64,000 nucleotides of DNA. Origin: a virus. The notes beneath the pieces are model-generated. The model had not been told where the DNA came from and ran no database searches. It worked only from the letters and a program-made list of their open reading frames with translations. The DNA lies in IMG/VR virus record IMGVR_UViG_3300044742_000232, positions 1 through 64,000 of that record; one strand, given 5' to 3'. The position numbers were made by a program, and so were the translations under genes. This document shows, piece after piece, positions 37,742-47,574 of the stretch. Position 1 is the first letter of the stretch, and each line of letters begins with the position of its first letter.

Positions 37742-37779
37742 GTCTTGACTATAGCAGAATTCTATAGTATAGTCAAGAC
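37742..37779. promoter_or_regulatory. Palindromic bidirectional sigma70 promoter pair
   Basis: TTGACT-17 nt-TATAGT on both strands within the inverted repeat GTCTTGACTATA/TATAGTCAAGAC. Confidence 0.75.
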
Positions 37780-37783
37780 ACTT

Positions 37784-37836
37784 GATCCCCAAAGGACTCG
37801 GATTCTGCCTTCCTAGAATCCCCCTTTGGGGTTATC
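37784..37836 (+). ncRNA. Hairpin at the start of the putative plus-strand transcript
   Basis: CCCCAAAGG/CCTTTGGGG enclosing GGATTCT/AGAATCC. Confidence 0.4.
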
Positions 37837-38273
37837 TGTTTGCGCTTTATGACTTGATGCGGTCTACAATCTCGGCATCCTACAACCTTTGGAAAGAGAG
37901 GCAATGTAGAAAAGCGGCGCACTTGTCCTCTTTTCAATTTAACTGAAGAAGTTAGTTGGAAGTTGTATTTATCTAAGGTCCACCTATCGGACCAGTCTAA
38001 CGAAAAGTTTTTCTAGTTCCGTCGTTAGAAGCATCTCTGAGATTGCTTCAATTGTCTCAGAGTCTAGCTGGTAAAAAGCTGATGTAATAGGCTCAAAGGA
38101 ATCCCAAGCCTTTCCCATTTGTGGTTATCAATTGAAGTAATGTCCTGGCTCCATATACTGGTAATGGACTGCTTTTCCTTTACTAGGAAAAGTATGTCTT
38201 CACCATGCCTGGATAGTAGTGGTTCTTTCTTTTACCTGGGAATCCGTCTAGACATGCACTATAATTCATTCCT

Positions 38274-38720
38274 TTAGATTCCTGTTACTTGATTGATATC
38301 TATTCTTACAACTTCTCTAATTCTCATTGCAACTCCATTGGGTGTTTGATCATACATAGAATTTGGATAAAATAAATATCTTGAAGTATAATAATCAATA
38401 TCAAAGAATTTCGCTACTGCATTGAAATCGGAAGAACATTTGTAAAATATACCAAGTCCAGGTCCACAATAAAATCCTCTTTCCTGAAACCAAGGATCAC
38501 TACCAGCCCAGCCGCAAGCACATGCAGCAGTTCCACATGGTACTTCTTTAGCCATAACATTTCCAACACCAGAAATATACTTTGTAAAATTTGAAATACC
38601 AATAAAACTTTGAATCCAAGTAGACATATCAAATTTACAGATAGGAATTGGTCCAGCTTTTTCATATGGACCGTTACCTTGAAGTTTGTCGGCTAGTCTG
38701 ATGAGAGCTTCTTTGTTCAT
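38274..38720 (-). CDS. hypothetical protein, paralog B1
   Basis: LRLADKL.G.GPY, FDM..W, CGTAACACGWAGSDPWFQERGF. Confidence 0.75.
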   Translation of the reverse strand: MNKEALIRLADKLQGNGPYEKAGPIPICKFDMSTWIQSFIGISNFTKYISGVGNVMAKEVPCGTAACACGWAGSDPWFQERGFYCGPGLGIFYKCSSDFNAVAKFFDIDYYTSRYLFYPNSMYDQTPNGVAMRIREVVRIDINQVTGI

Positions 38721-38726
38721 GGCTTT

Positions 38727-39203
38727 TTAGAGTCCTGTTACTGAGTTGACTTCTTTGGCTTCTTCTTTTTCTCTTGCTTCAATGTTTTTTATAAATGTTC
38801 GTATCTCCTGTGCTTTTTCTATGGGGTCTTCAGAATAATCGCCTGAAAAAATTAAATTAGCATCGTCGTAACAATCTAGCCCAAAGAAATGTTGACAAGC
38901 TAAAAAATCCTGTGTATTGGAGTCTTTGTGATAAACGCCATTGAAGGTTGTATAGAAACCTCTTTCCTGGAACCAAGGATCACTTCCAGCCCAGCCCGCA
39001 GCACAAGCAGCTGTTCCACAGGGTAGATTCTTTTCTACAACTTCCACGATTTTATCATTCATTCTTACATCTATTGTTTTAGGGTCTTCAACAACCCATG
39101 ATCCCATATCGAATCTTTCTGTGGGAACAGGACCAGCTTCTTTATATGGTCCTGTTCCCTCCAACTTGTCAGCCAGACGGAGTAATGCTATCCTGTTTGC
39201 CAT
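38727..39203 (-). CDS. hypothetical protein, paralog B2
   Basis: CGTAACAAGWAGSDPWFQERGF; near-identical DNA block shared with B1. Confidence 0.75.
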   Translation of the reverse strand: MANRIALLRLADKLEGTGPYKEAGPVPTERFDMGSWVVEDPKTIDVRMNDKIVEVVEKNLPCGTAACAAGWAGSDPWFQERGFYTTFNGVYHKDSNTQDFLACQHFFGLDCYDDANLIFSGDYSEDPIEKAQEIRTFIKNIEAREKEEAKEVNSVTGL

Positions 39204-39236
39204 TTGGAAACCCCTTCCGTCATGGCTGAGTTGTTT

Positions 39237-39659
39237 TTAGTAGACGAAATGCGAGTAGAATTGTTTGTGGATTGGTCTTGCTTCTCTTTCGCGCCATTCA
39301 TTCACTGCGCGTTTCAAGGCACGTTTTTGAAAGCGTTGAAACTTTCTGCCTTGATTAGAACAGCCGCAATTGGCTTGGACCATATACATCTGTGGCATGA
39401 ACGTTGTATCAAAGTAGAATGTATGCTGACTTGGTTTATGCCGCATTCTCCAAGGATATTCTCTAACAGCAACATGCTCCCAGTCTTGCGGCTTGTTATA
39501 GAGGGACCAGATGATAGGGCGAGCATCCAACCGACCATACTTTTTGAACCACCACTTCCATTCAAAAGTCGGTAGTTTTGGTTCTGGTTTTACTGGCGTT
39601 GTTTCTGGAGCGACGAGTGTATCAACTTCCGCGAGCATGTCTTTGGCCATTGACTTCAC
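39237..39659 (-). CDS. hypothetical protein
   Basis: AAGGAG RBS. Confidence 0.6.
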   Translation of the reverse strand: MKSMAKDMLAEVDTLVAPETTPVKPEPKLPTFEWKWWFKKYGRLDARPIIWSLYNKPQDWEHVAVREYPWRMRHKPSQHTFYFDTTFMPQMYMVQANCGCSNQGRKFQRFQKRALKRAVNEWREREARPIHKQFYSHFVY

Positions 39660-39709
39660 TCCTTTGACTACTGGAACACTTCAACCCGTAGATGATGAAA
39701 GTCAAGTTG

Positions 39710-40138
39710 TCAAGAGGAAAGTTTGCGGTGTAGGATAGATTTGAATTCTATGGAGAAATGAAGATTTGATTTATCTTTATGGGATGCAAACATTGGAGCT
39801 ATTTGTGTCGGTGTATATCCAGCTAGACCACAGCCAATGTTTGTGATAAGAAAGTCCCAATCTGGATGGAGTTCGGAAAAGGCAAGAAAAATATTGACAT
39901 AAGACTGAATTGTTTCAAGAGCTAATGGTTTGAGGGAAGCATCTTTTGTTGGGATGGCATACGAATTACCCTGAAGCCCTGCCCCTTGTCCATAGATAGC
40001 TCCATGGTTTTTATAGGCAAAAGCAGCAGCGCCTTTTCCATGTCGGCCAGCTTCATTGGACCCAAAGACGAAAATTTTCCGCCTTTCAATAGCGAAAAAA
40101 ACTAGGTCGTTTTCTTCCTGTGGTGATGGTTCTGTCAT
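39710..40138 (-). CDS. Conserved phage protein with macro-like fold (IFVFGSN family)
   Basis: IFVFGSN.AGRHGKGAA, SYAIPTK, T.IGCGLAG. Confidence 0.75.
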   Translation of the reverse strand: MTEPSPQEENDLVFFAIERRKIFVFGSNEAGRHGKGAAAFAYKNHGAIYGQGAGLQGNSYAIPTKDASLKPLALETIQSYVNIFLAFSELHPDWDFLITNIGCGLAGYTPTQIAPMFASHKDKSNLHFSIEFKSILHRKLSS

Positions 40139-40310
40139 CTTACTTTCTCAGGCGTGAGGGTTTTCTTGAATCCATTCATAATCAGAGCATAAAGTTTCAG
40201 TGCGCCAGATTCGGAAACCAAGAAAATAGTAGTCAGTAACAGTCATGGGTTCCAAATAATTAATTTCTTCATAGACTTGCCAGTAGTTGTAAGAGGTTTT
40301 TCTGAACATT

Positions 40311-40751
40311 TCACTCTCCCCACATCTTTTTAGATTTTTCTGGATCAAACTTACGCCAGAGTTTCTTAGCTTCATCTGATGTTTCTCCCCCTGGACCTTG
40401 AGGCCAAAGCTCCAGACCCGTTGGTTTGGTGTCATCTCTTATCATAGAGTAGACAGCTGTGCCAATACCCTGTTTTTGATGTTTTTCCTCAACACTAGCG
40501 TTCATGACAGAAAGCACAGGGCGACCAAAATGAGTGTTAGAACGCACATAAAACCGGCCAATATGATTAGTTCTATTTTTTGCACCTCTAAACACTCTGT
40601 AGTCCAGATTTCCCCGTCCTGGAGTAACTTCCACATGATATTTTCCTCCTAGAATTGGTCTTCTTTCCCACTTTTGTTCACGCGGCCAAGTCATCCATCG
40701 TTCAAAGTTTTTCCAGTGATCTTCTTCAAGCCATTCAGAGAAGCGTTTCAT
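40311..40751 (-). CDS. GNAT-like acetyltransferase with T4-type capsid-targeting sequence
   Basis: N-terminus MKRFSEWLEE; VEEKHQKQGIGTAVY motif A; S..AKKLW. Confidence 0.65.
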   Translation of the reverse strand: MKRFSEWLEEDHWKNFERWMTWPREQKWERRPILGGKYHVEVTPGRGNLDYRVFRGAKNRTNHIGRFYVRSNTHFGRPVLSVMNASVEEKHQKQGIGTAVYSMIRDDTKPTGLELWPQGPGGETSDEAKKLWRKFDPEKSKKMWGE

Positions 40752-41188
40752 TAGTGCATTTTCTCAGAGAGATTACCTGGAATCTTATCTTGATGCTTTT
40801 TCATGGCATCCAAAAAGTCTTGGTTGTCCTGTGATAAGACTGTTTTCAGATTGGCATTGATCTTCTTCATGTTGGTGTCCTGATGAGGTTGCACGAAGAC
40901 GATATTATAATGTATCGTATTGTAGTAGTAGGTGCAAAATTCGTTGGTCACAGGGCTTATAGCAAGGATGTGATCCTTTTTCAAGAGCAAAACTTGTTCA
41001 TTTTCGGCAGTGAAAGGCAGATACTTGACAAGGTTGACAGCTGGCACTCCATTGACATCTTTTTCCTCTATCAACATCGGGTATTCAAGAATCAAAGTAT
41101 CGGTATCAATGTCATCAGAATGAAAGCGGGCTGTGATTTGGTCCCCATTGATCAGACGGATATGAAGTATAGTGTTAGCGTGATCCAA
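40751..41188 (-). CDS. Conserved T4-like protein downstream of uvsW (Sm-like N-terminus)
   Basis: IRLINGDQI, YLPF, F..YY. Confidence 0.6.
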   Translation of the reverse strand: MDHANTILHIRLINGDQITARFHSDDIDTDTLILEYPMLIEEKDVNGVPAVNLVKYLPFTAENEQVLLLKKDHILAISPVTNEFCTYYYNTIHYNIVFVQPHQDTNMKKINANLKTVLSQDNQDFLDAMKKHQDKIPGNLSEKMH

Positions 41189-41206
41189 TTAGTTTCTCCA
41201 TCTTTA

Positions 41207-42694
41207 TTAGAGGTTGACATTGTAGATTTGGTAGTCAAACCTTTCTTCTATATAATATTTGAGCCTTTCAGCGGCATGAAACAAGGTATAGTTCTTATGT
41301 TTCTTTGTAGAAAGATCATCAGCAATATCATAAACAACACATTCTGTTTTATCTTCGGACTTTCTCATTCCTCGGCCTAAACTTTGTAGTATTAGGATAC
41401 GAGATTTGGATGGGCTCGCAAAGATGATGTTATTAATATTTATGATAGAAATGCCTTCTGAAAACGTTCCCTGAGAGGCTATAGTAATGGAGTTTTTGGA
41501 GTTGTCAACAATGGACCGTATTTCGTTTCTTTCTTCCGAATCCACTTTTCCATGAATAAAATGAACTGGTCCTTTGTGTATTGAAGAATATCTACTCATT
41601 TCTTCTAGAATATCATAAAGTAGTTGACCGTGTTTCTCTACATATCTATAGAGAATAAGAGTGTTTCCTTCTAAAGAATAAGCTAGATTGGCAATAAACA
41701 TGTTTCTTTTTGAATGCGCAACCAGCCAATCTATCTCCATTGCATATTGATATTGTTTCTTTACTTTTTTCTGAGCATCAAATAGGAGCTTAGCATTCTT
41801 TTCAGGATGTTTTAGAATAATTGATTTTATTCGCAAATTGGATACGAAGCCCCGATCCATGAGCGTTTTCGTGTCTGTGGTCTTGTATAGCGGTCCTAGC
41901 AAGCCTTCAAGCGCGATCTGGGATGTTTCCGACCCATCCAGAGAGCCCGTAAAACCGAACTTATAAGCAATGGTTGTGGTTTTGCACATTAGCTCCACAA
42001 GGGACTTGGCTTTGACATGGTGAGCTTCATCGGTAATGATGGCATGAAACTTCTGGAACCAAGCGGCCGGTTGTTTGAAGACGCTTTGCCAAGTTGTAAT
42101 TGTGACTTTTTCGCCACTATCTTTCTCTTGACCTGAGTATATTTTGTGAATAGGTTCTTTATATCCATAGGTAGCAAAATCCCCTTCCAGCTGATGGATA
42201 AGAGTCGTATTAGAAACTACAATAAGGGTAGGTTTATTCAGATAGCGTGTTACCAGATACATGATAAGGGACTTGCCGCTACTGGTAGGACTGATGCAAA
42301 GCGCTCGCCGTTTTCGGATGCAATGGACAAAAGCATCAATTTGGTAGTCTCTTGGGGTGAGACTTTCTGGAAGGTTGAGGGAGGTTATGAATTCTTTTGC
42401 TTCAATGAGAGAGAAGTTGGAATCAAAAAAATCTCCCTCCAAAAGAAGTTCATAACCTTGTTCTTGACAAAACTTTTTGACGTAATGTAGAAGTCCAGCA
42501 TAAAGGGTGCGCTTCTTGACTGAAAATAAGTGAATATATCCCTGCCACAGCTTCTTTTTATATAGTGGATGATACTGATAATTGGGCACTCTAAATTTGA
42601 AAGTATCATCCAATTCATGTGCTATTGCTTCACTACAATCAATCTTTATATAAACGTGATTGAAGAAATGAACTGTTACGTTTTCTGTGGACAC
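41207..42694 (-). CDS. uvsW: SF2 DNA helicase UvsW
   Basis: PRDYQ, SPTSSGKS, DEAH, GFTGS, QSLGRGMR. Confidence 0.96.
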   Translation of the reverse strand: MSTENVTVHFFNHVYIKIDCSEAIAHELDDTFKFRVPNYQYHPLYKKKLWQGYIHLFSVKKRTLYAGLLHYVKKFCQEQGYELLLEGDFFDSNFSLIEAKEFITSLNLPESLTPRDYQIDAFVHCIRKRRALCISPTSSGKSLIMYLVTRYLNKPTLIVVSNTTLIHQLEGDFATYGYKEPIHKIYSGQEKDSGEKVTITTWQSVFKQPAAWFQKFHAIITDEAHHVKAKSLVELMCKTTTIAYKFGFTGSLDGSETSQIALEGLLGPLYKTTDTKTLMDRGFVSNLRIKSIILKHPEKNAKLLFDAQKKVKKQYQYAMEIDWLVAHSKRNMFIANLAYSLEGNTLILYRYVEKHGQLLYDILEEMSRYSSIHKGPVHFIHGKVDSEERNEIRSIVDNSKNSITIASQGTFSEGISIININNIIFASPSKSRILILQSLGRGMRKSEDKTECVVYDIADDLSTKKHKNYTLFHAAERLKYYIEERFDYQIYNVNL

Positions 42695-43233
42695 TTGTTA
42701 TACTTTTTAGTATGATGATTTTCTCCCCTGGTGCCACATTTACTATGATCACGTTGAAAACGCCCTTCATCCCAACATCGTTTTAGAGAGTTTCCTTGTT
42801 TTTTTCTATCAACTCTTTTAGACAGTATAGACTGTATCTGGCTGTTTGAAAAAACACAGTTTGGTGAACGACCTAGATACCATTGATCTGGAATTGTTTC
42901 ATTAGGATATATGATTTTTTCTTGTTTACCGTTTGTGATCCATCGTGTATCTTTAGTAGTGGTTCCCCCATCACCATCTTCATTTCGTAGATTGGCCCAT
43001 TCATCTGATTTTATTACATTGAATTTATGCGAATATTCTAATGCTATTTTTCTAAATTCTTCCTTATTTTCTGTTTCAAATAATAACGTGGTTTTTATAT
43101 TCTTTCCATGCTTTTTTATATATCGTTTCCAATATTTGCCGCTACCGTTATATTCATAATAATTTGGTCTAGATGTTTTACATAGATACTTTAGGCCAGT
43201 ATCAATATGTTCTTTTATCAAAAGTCTAAGCAC
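42676..43233 (-). mobile_element. GIY-YIG-like homing endonuclease between uvsY and uvsW
   Basis: TGLKYLCKT, YNGSGKYW, WANL..E.GDGG, WITNG. Confidence 0.75.
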
Positions 43234-43679
43234 TATTCTCCATTCTTGAATTTCTCAACATCAAATATCAATCTGAGATGAAAACTCCTATTCTTTATCA
43301 TTCCTATAATTTCTTCCAGAAAGTCCATTTTATCTTTTATGCTTTCTACTTTTTCTTTTAGTTCTTGTAATTCATCATCTGCATCTAGATAAATGTCCAA
43401 TTCTTTCCTTGTAATAGCAGCACCTTTAGCTGGTCCTTTTTTGGCCCAATCATACTTCGCTTTTGTTTCTTTTGAAGCTCCCTGGTCATAGTGATTATAT
43501 TTGAGAAGTTTCAGCTTGGCATAAGTTTTTTCAGCCTCGCGAAGTTCAATCTTAGCAGCAAGGAAGAGTTCATAATATTTGTGATGTAGTGTTGCGATGT
43601 TTGCTGTCTGTGATTGAAGTTGAGTCACATATAGCTGACGATCAACACTCCAGGCGACATGTAGTTCTTTGATATCCAT
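43233..43679 (-). CDS. uvsY: Recombination mediator UvsY
   Basis: LHHKY, YLDADDEL, FLE.I..I.NRSF; synteny. Confidence 0.88.
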   Translation of the reverse strand: MDIKELHVAWSVDRQLYVTQLQSQTANIATLHHKYYELFLAAKIELREAEKTYAKLKLLKYNHYDQGASKETKAKYDWAKKGPAKGAAITRKELDIYLDADDELQELKEKVESIKDKMDFLEEIIGMIKNRSFHLRLIFDVEKFKNGE

Positions 43680-43706
43680 GTAAGAATCCTTTGGTTATAA
43701 TGAGTA

Positions 43707-43735
43707 AGTATACATGAAACATATAGAAAAGTCAA
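43707..43735 (-). promoter_or_regulatory. Sigma70-type promoter for uvsY
   Basis: TTGACT-17 nt-TATACT. Confidence 0.8.
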
Positions 43736-43741
43736 TGGGGC

Positions 43742-43771
43742 TTGACAAGTAACGAGGTTTTATGGGATAAC
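43742..43771 (+). promoter_or_regulatory. Divergent sigma70-type promoter
   Basis: TTGACA with a weak -10 (GATAAC) at 18 nt spacing. Confidence 0.5.
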
Positions 43772-43776
43772 GATGT

Positions 43777-43901
43777 TGGTCCCCTGCTTGAATCGGCGGG
43801 TGTAGCGACTCTACTCAGTGCCTTGGAGCGTTAGAGCTTCCCCGCTGCTAACGCACACTCCCCAAGGACGATACGCAAGCTTGTTGGTTGGTGGGGGACC
43901 A
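43777..43901 (+). ncRNA. Putative ~125 nt structured RNA with pseudoknot
   Basis: Nested stems TGGTCCCC/GGGGACCA, GCTTG/CAAGC, CCTTGG/CCAAGG, GCGTTAG/CTAACGC; loop CCCGCT can pair with GGCGGG. Confidence 0.55.
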
Positions 43902-43928
43902 CTTTTCATTTTTCAACCGGAGAAAACC

Positions 43929-44429
43929 ATGTCCAAGTTAGCTACTTTTGCTCTTGCACTTATTGTATCAACTCCAGTTTTTGCTCAAAATGTCATCACA
44001 ATTGAGCGCAAAGAAACTTGGACAATCAAAGAATATGAGGAGGTGTCTAGAACTGCTGGCGTTGGCACCTTAGAGAAGTTGAAAACTCTCCCTCCAGGAT
44101 TTCATCATTTCCTGCCGGTTGTGAATCCCGTCCAAATCTATAGTGATGGAATGATTGTTTGTCGGGAAATGAAAAATGCCATCTCCTTTGGCAAAAGATT
44201 ATGGAATGGAGATGATCCAGAACAAGCTGTAAAAAAAATTGTGAAAGATAATGGGGGAGATGAAATTTGCTATAACAGGCCGGGTCTAGTTCTTACTTCC
44301 GCAGAAATTGCTATTCGGGGAGATGATAAACCAGGGACGCCCAATAGAATATATATTACAAAATGGAAAGACCAACATGGCAACTACCATTTTACTGGTA
44401 GCCCGTGTCATACCAAGAATTGTATGTAA
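43929..44429 (+). CDS. Secreted hypothetical protein
   Basis: GGAG RBS, signal peptide MSKLATFALALIVSTPVFA. Confidence 0.7.
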   Translation: MSKLATFALALIVSTPVFAQNVITIERKETWTIKEYEEVSRTAGVGTLEKLKTLPPGFHHFLPVVNPVQIYSDGMIVCREMKNAISFGKRLWNGDDPEQAVKKIVKDNGGDEICYNRPGLVLTSAEIAIRGDDKPGTPNRIYITKWKDQHGNYHFTGSPCHTKNCM

Positions 44430-44825
44430 GGAAACTGGTGTTATGCGGACGATCAGAAATATCTTTGGAACAGTGACATTTCTGTTTCTTATTTTTACTG
44501 TGCTGTTTTGGTTGAATGCCTATGGTCATTATAGTTCAGGAGGCGAAGGAGGCCAAAAAGAAGGCTATGTTTCTCTCCAGCTTTCTATGATTCCTTCATC
44601 AATTGCAATGATGTTTTTGGTGCTTACAATAATATGCACTGTCATAATCAACCGTAGCAATGAAGGTGAAACGCCAAATGTCAGAACACGCCACACGCGG
44701 AGAGGTTCATAACAAGCATCTGATCTATAGAACATCAGATGAAACAGAAGAATTTCGTGGCACATGCATTTTCTGCGGCGCTACAGATATGTCTTATGAA
44801 GAAAGTAAAGACGAGTGCCCCAATC

Positions 44826-45950
44826 CTAAGCGGCTGACTTACCGTGAGGGAATTGCTTTGAGCGGCGATAGACTGCACGTTCAGCGGATGAATAACGACT
44901 GATTTCTCTCACTTGTCCGACCGTGCAACCAATGTTTTTAGCAATCCATTGGGGCGGTTTTCTATTGCTGAGAGCTAGGAGAATGCGAGCGATATCCAAG
45001 TTGGTTAGTCCCGGCAGACTATCTCTCCATTCATGTCTGCATTTCTCACAGATGAAACCTCCACTCAAAGGGAGTCCTCCAAAAGACTGGCATTGCGGAC
45101 ATTTTTTGGGCGGCCATTTCTTCATGTTGTTTCTCTCTACGTTGGAACATTCCGCGCAGAAAAAAGTGTTCCAGTTCCATTATGAATTGTTATCATTGTT
45201 CCTGCTTTTCCTATAGAATCAGCATTCATTTTTCGAATTCTTGCTCCTCCTCCAGCTTTTATTAATATGTCACTTAGTTTTTTACGAATAGTATTGATTT
45301 GTTCCAGACGCACAAGATGCACACGACTTTCTATTTCAATAAAATCATAGCGAAGTTGCGATGGTAAAACGAAAACAGGAGTTCGCTTGACTTTACAATA
45401 CTCACAATCACAGCCACGATTGCCGCGCCGTGTATGTCGTTTCAGTTCATTGGCAAGCAGCAAAGGAATCATTCTCTCATTCGCTGCTTGCTCAATCCTT
45501 GCTTCAAGCGCTGTCAGAGGCGTCTGGTTTGTTATCATCGCCGCCCCTTGAAACTTCATCCGTCGTCTTGGCGAGTTTGGCATAAGCATTGGCGATTTCC
45601 AGGGCGTTGAGCGTGGCATGGGACGCTAAGGTGAGTTCCAAATCAGTTTCCAAGCGTTTCAATCTCTCTTCCATTTTCTTCAGAGTTTTTACCCGTGCTG
45701 CCGAGACGCCGGGTTTCTGCAACATTACTTTTCTATCATTTGGATCAAACACAGGAGGTGAGTCTGGTTTGTTTTGTTTGTCATATTCAATTGATATCTT
45801 GTCTCGGACATTCAAAGCATTATCAAGAATAGATATGCGTTTCTTGGCCAATTCATCAGCACGAATAGCTATAACGCCAGCTTCTATTCTTTCTCCGAGC
45901 CCCGCAATAGTTTGATCAATTTTAGATTGCAGAGTTGAGATATCAGTCAT
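44826..45950 (-). other. Three small hypothetical CDS (44826-45125 Zn ribbon/HTH-like, 45137-45619, 45504-45950 coiled coil)
   Basis: ORF track; CxxC pairs in the first. Confidence 0.5.
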
Positions 45951-46106
45951 GTTGTGTGATTCCCCTTTATTTTGAAACTGGAGGAAACAGCGGCTCCCTG
46001 GAAAGATTCACGAATGCCAAGTTTCCAAACCTACCACTAGCCCAGCGTGGCACAAGGCACTCAACCGTGTTTCCGAGAACTGGACTAAAGGAAAGAGGAG
46101 TTCCTG

Positions 46107-46658
46107 TCAAGGTGTTTTTCTAATTGATGTTCCAAAAAGCATCGTCCGGTTTTCTCCCTTTACAATGAAGAGTTTTTTACCTGTCTTTAGGTAGGCATCT
46201 ATGAACGTTTTCCAAGGTCTTTTTTCTTTCCAGTTATCGTTGCGAAACTTATCCACATAAAAAACTAGGTTGCATTCTTCATCTGTTGTTGTGCCCATAA
46301 CAATACGACTTACTCTAGGCCACATTTCGTCTGGCCCAAGTCCCTGTAACCAAAGACAACTAAAGTCCCGGCAGGATTGAGGACGATTTTCATAGATCAT
46401 ACATTTGTTGCAACTCTGATCGGCATGGGGGCACCAAACATCTCTGCGCTTCCCGAATTCAGGAATCGCTAGAATCTTGCAGCATAGTGAGCAGTCACCA
46501 CATTCACGTCGGTTTGAATGATTTGAGTGCTTCGCCGGCGCTGTTGAAACTGTTGTTGTTTCGTTTCTTTCGCTTGCGTCGGGTTTCTTCAAGTTGCTGT
46601 TCACGTAGTTGCTCCGATTTCTGTCTTGCAAAACGGGGAGCACGGCCAGAAATACCAT
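46107..46658 (-). CDS. YkgJ-like CxxCxxCC cluster protein (start uncertain)
   Basis: CGDCSLCCK, C.IYE.RP.SCRDF.CLW. Confidence 0.75.
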   Translation of the reverse strand: MVFLAVLPVLQDRNRSNYVNSNLKKPDASERNETTTVSTAPAKHSNHSNRRECGDCSLCCKILAIPEFGKRRDVWCPHADQSCNKCMIYENRPQSCRDFSCLWLQGLGPDEMWPRVSRIVMGTTTDEECNLVFYVDKFRNDNWKEKRPWKTFIDAYLKTGKKLFIVKGENRTMLFGTSIRKTP

Positions 46659-46694
46659 GCTTATGACTTCCCATTCCTCCTCTACCTTTTATCA

Positions 46695-46883
46695 TCAGAA
46701 TCCTACTGGAGCCATATCGTCTGATTTACAGCGCGGGCATTTGGCCGGTTTTGGATTGCGATAATAAGCATCACGATCTTTTGGTAAGGGCTTTTTATGA
46801 TCCTTATGACCACACGATTGACACTGCCAGTATGGTTTTGGGTTTTCTTGGGCCATAGCGTATTTACCTTTTTTTTCATACAT
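46695..46883 (-). CDS. Small Zn-ribbon protein
   Basis: CQSCG and CPRCKS. Confidence 0.55.
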   Translation of the reverse strand: MYEKKGKYAMAQENPKPYWQCQSCGHKDHKKPLPKDRDAYYRNPKPAKCPRCKSDDMAPVGF

Positions 46884-47574
46884 AACAGTTAATCACCTCT
46901 ACCTTGATACCGTTTTTGTGTGAGGGTGGAAACCAATCGTATTGTCCGCGCTCCGGTAGTCCCTCTTTGAATGCCGCCCATTGTTCATCTGGGATTATTT
47001 TCTTTGGTGCATCATCTCCTAGATCGTCGCCAAAGAGCCATTTAGTTAGACCCCGATATTTTTGTCCTATGTTTTGATAGTTCAGGATGCTAATAGATGG
47101 GTCTACCGACGCCCATGAAAACTCCGTTGCGAGCTTGGTGTCAAAGTAAGCTATGCGCGTCAGAGCTTCAAGAGGAATTTTTCCGAGGTGCGCGCAGTTG
47201 CCCATGGCTTGAATAGACTTTTCATAATCACCAGCCCATTCATGAAGTTTTTCGCGAAAATAAGCTGTACGTTGTTTTATATCCCATTCTGGTTTGAATT
47301 GCCTGTTGTATTGTGTTAAGCAATCTTCATCTGGAACAAAATTGAAAGGGTTCAGTTTGAAAGTATCAATCTCAATAACTGCACAAAGGGTTGATCCTCC
47401 ATTTGTTGCATTGATTGCAAAGTATGGAGCATAAGCGTTTGTCAGATAAACGCAATCGGTGCGGCTAGGAAAATCAACGCAATCCCATTCTGACCGTCGC
47501 TTGCCCCGAGGTTCAATTCCCCGCCGCAGAATACGTGAGGCGGCCTTTGCGCTGGTGCCGTGATAGAGCTTCAC
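46876..47574 (-). CDS. ADP-ribosyltransferase/Tpt1-fold-like protein
   Basis: LYHGTS...I...GI.P, VYLT...YFA, VIEID, IP. Confidence 0.55.
   Translation of the reverse strand: MKLYHGTSAKAASRILRRGIEPRGKRRSEWDCVDFPSRTDCVYLTNAYAPYFAINATNGGSTLCAVIEIDTFKLNPFNFVPDEDCLTQYNRQFKPEWDIKQRTAYFREKLHEWAGDYEKSIQAMGNCAHLGKIPLEALTRIAYFDTKLATEFSWASVDPSISILNYQNIGQKYRGLTKWLFGDDLGDDAPKKIIPDEQWAAFKEGLPERGQYDWFPPSHKNGIKVEVINCYV

Noticed and set aside
37940-38270. Pseudogene in the gap upstream of gene 55
   Set aside because: Only short minus-strand ORFs (under 50 aa) with no recognisable homology; not supportable.
43777-43901. HDV-like or twister ribozyme assignment
   Set aside because: No room for P3/L3, P1.1 or J4/2 in the required order, and no twister core residues; left unassigned.
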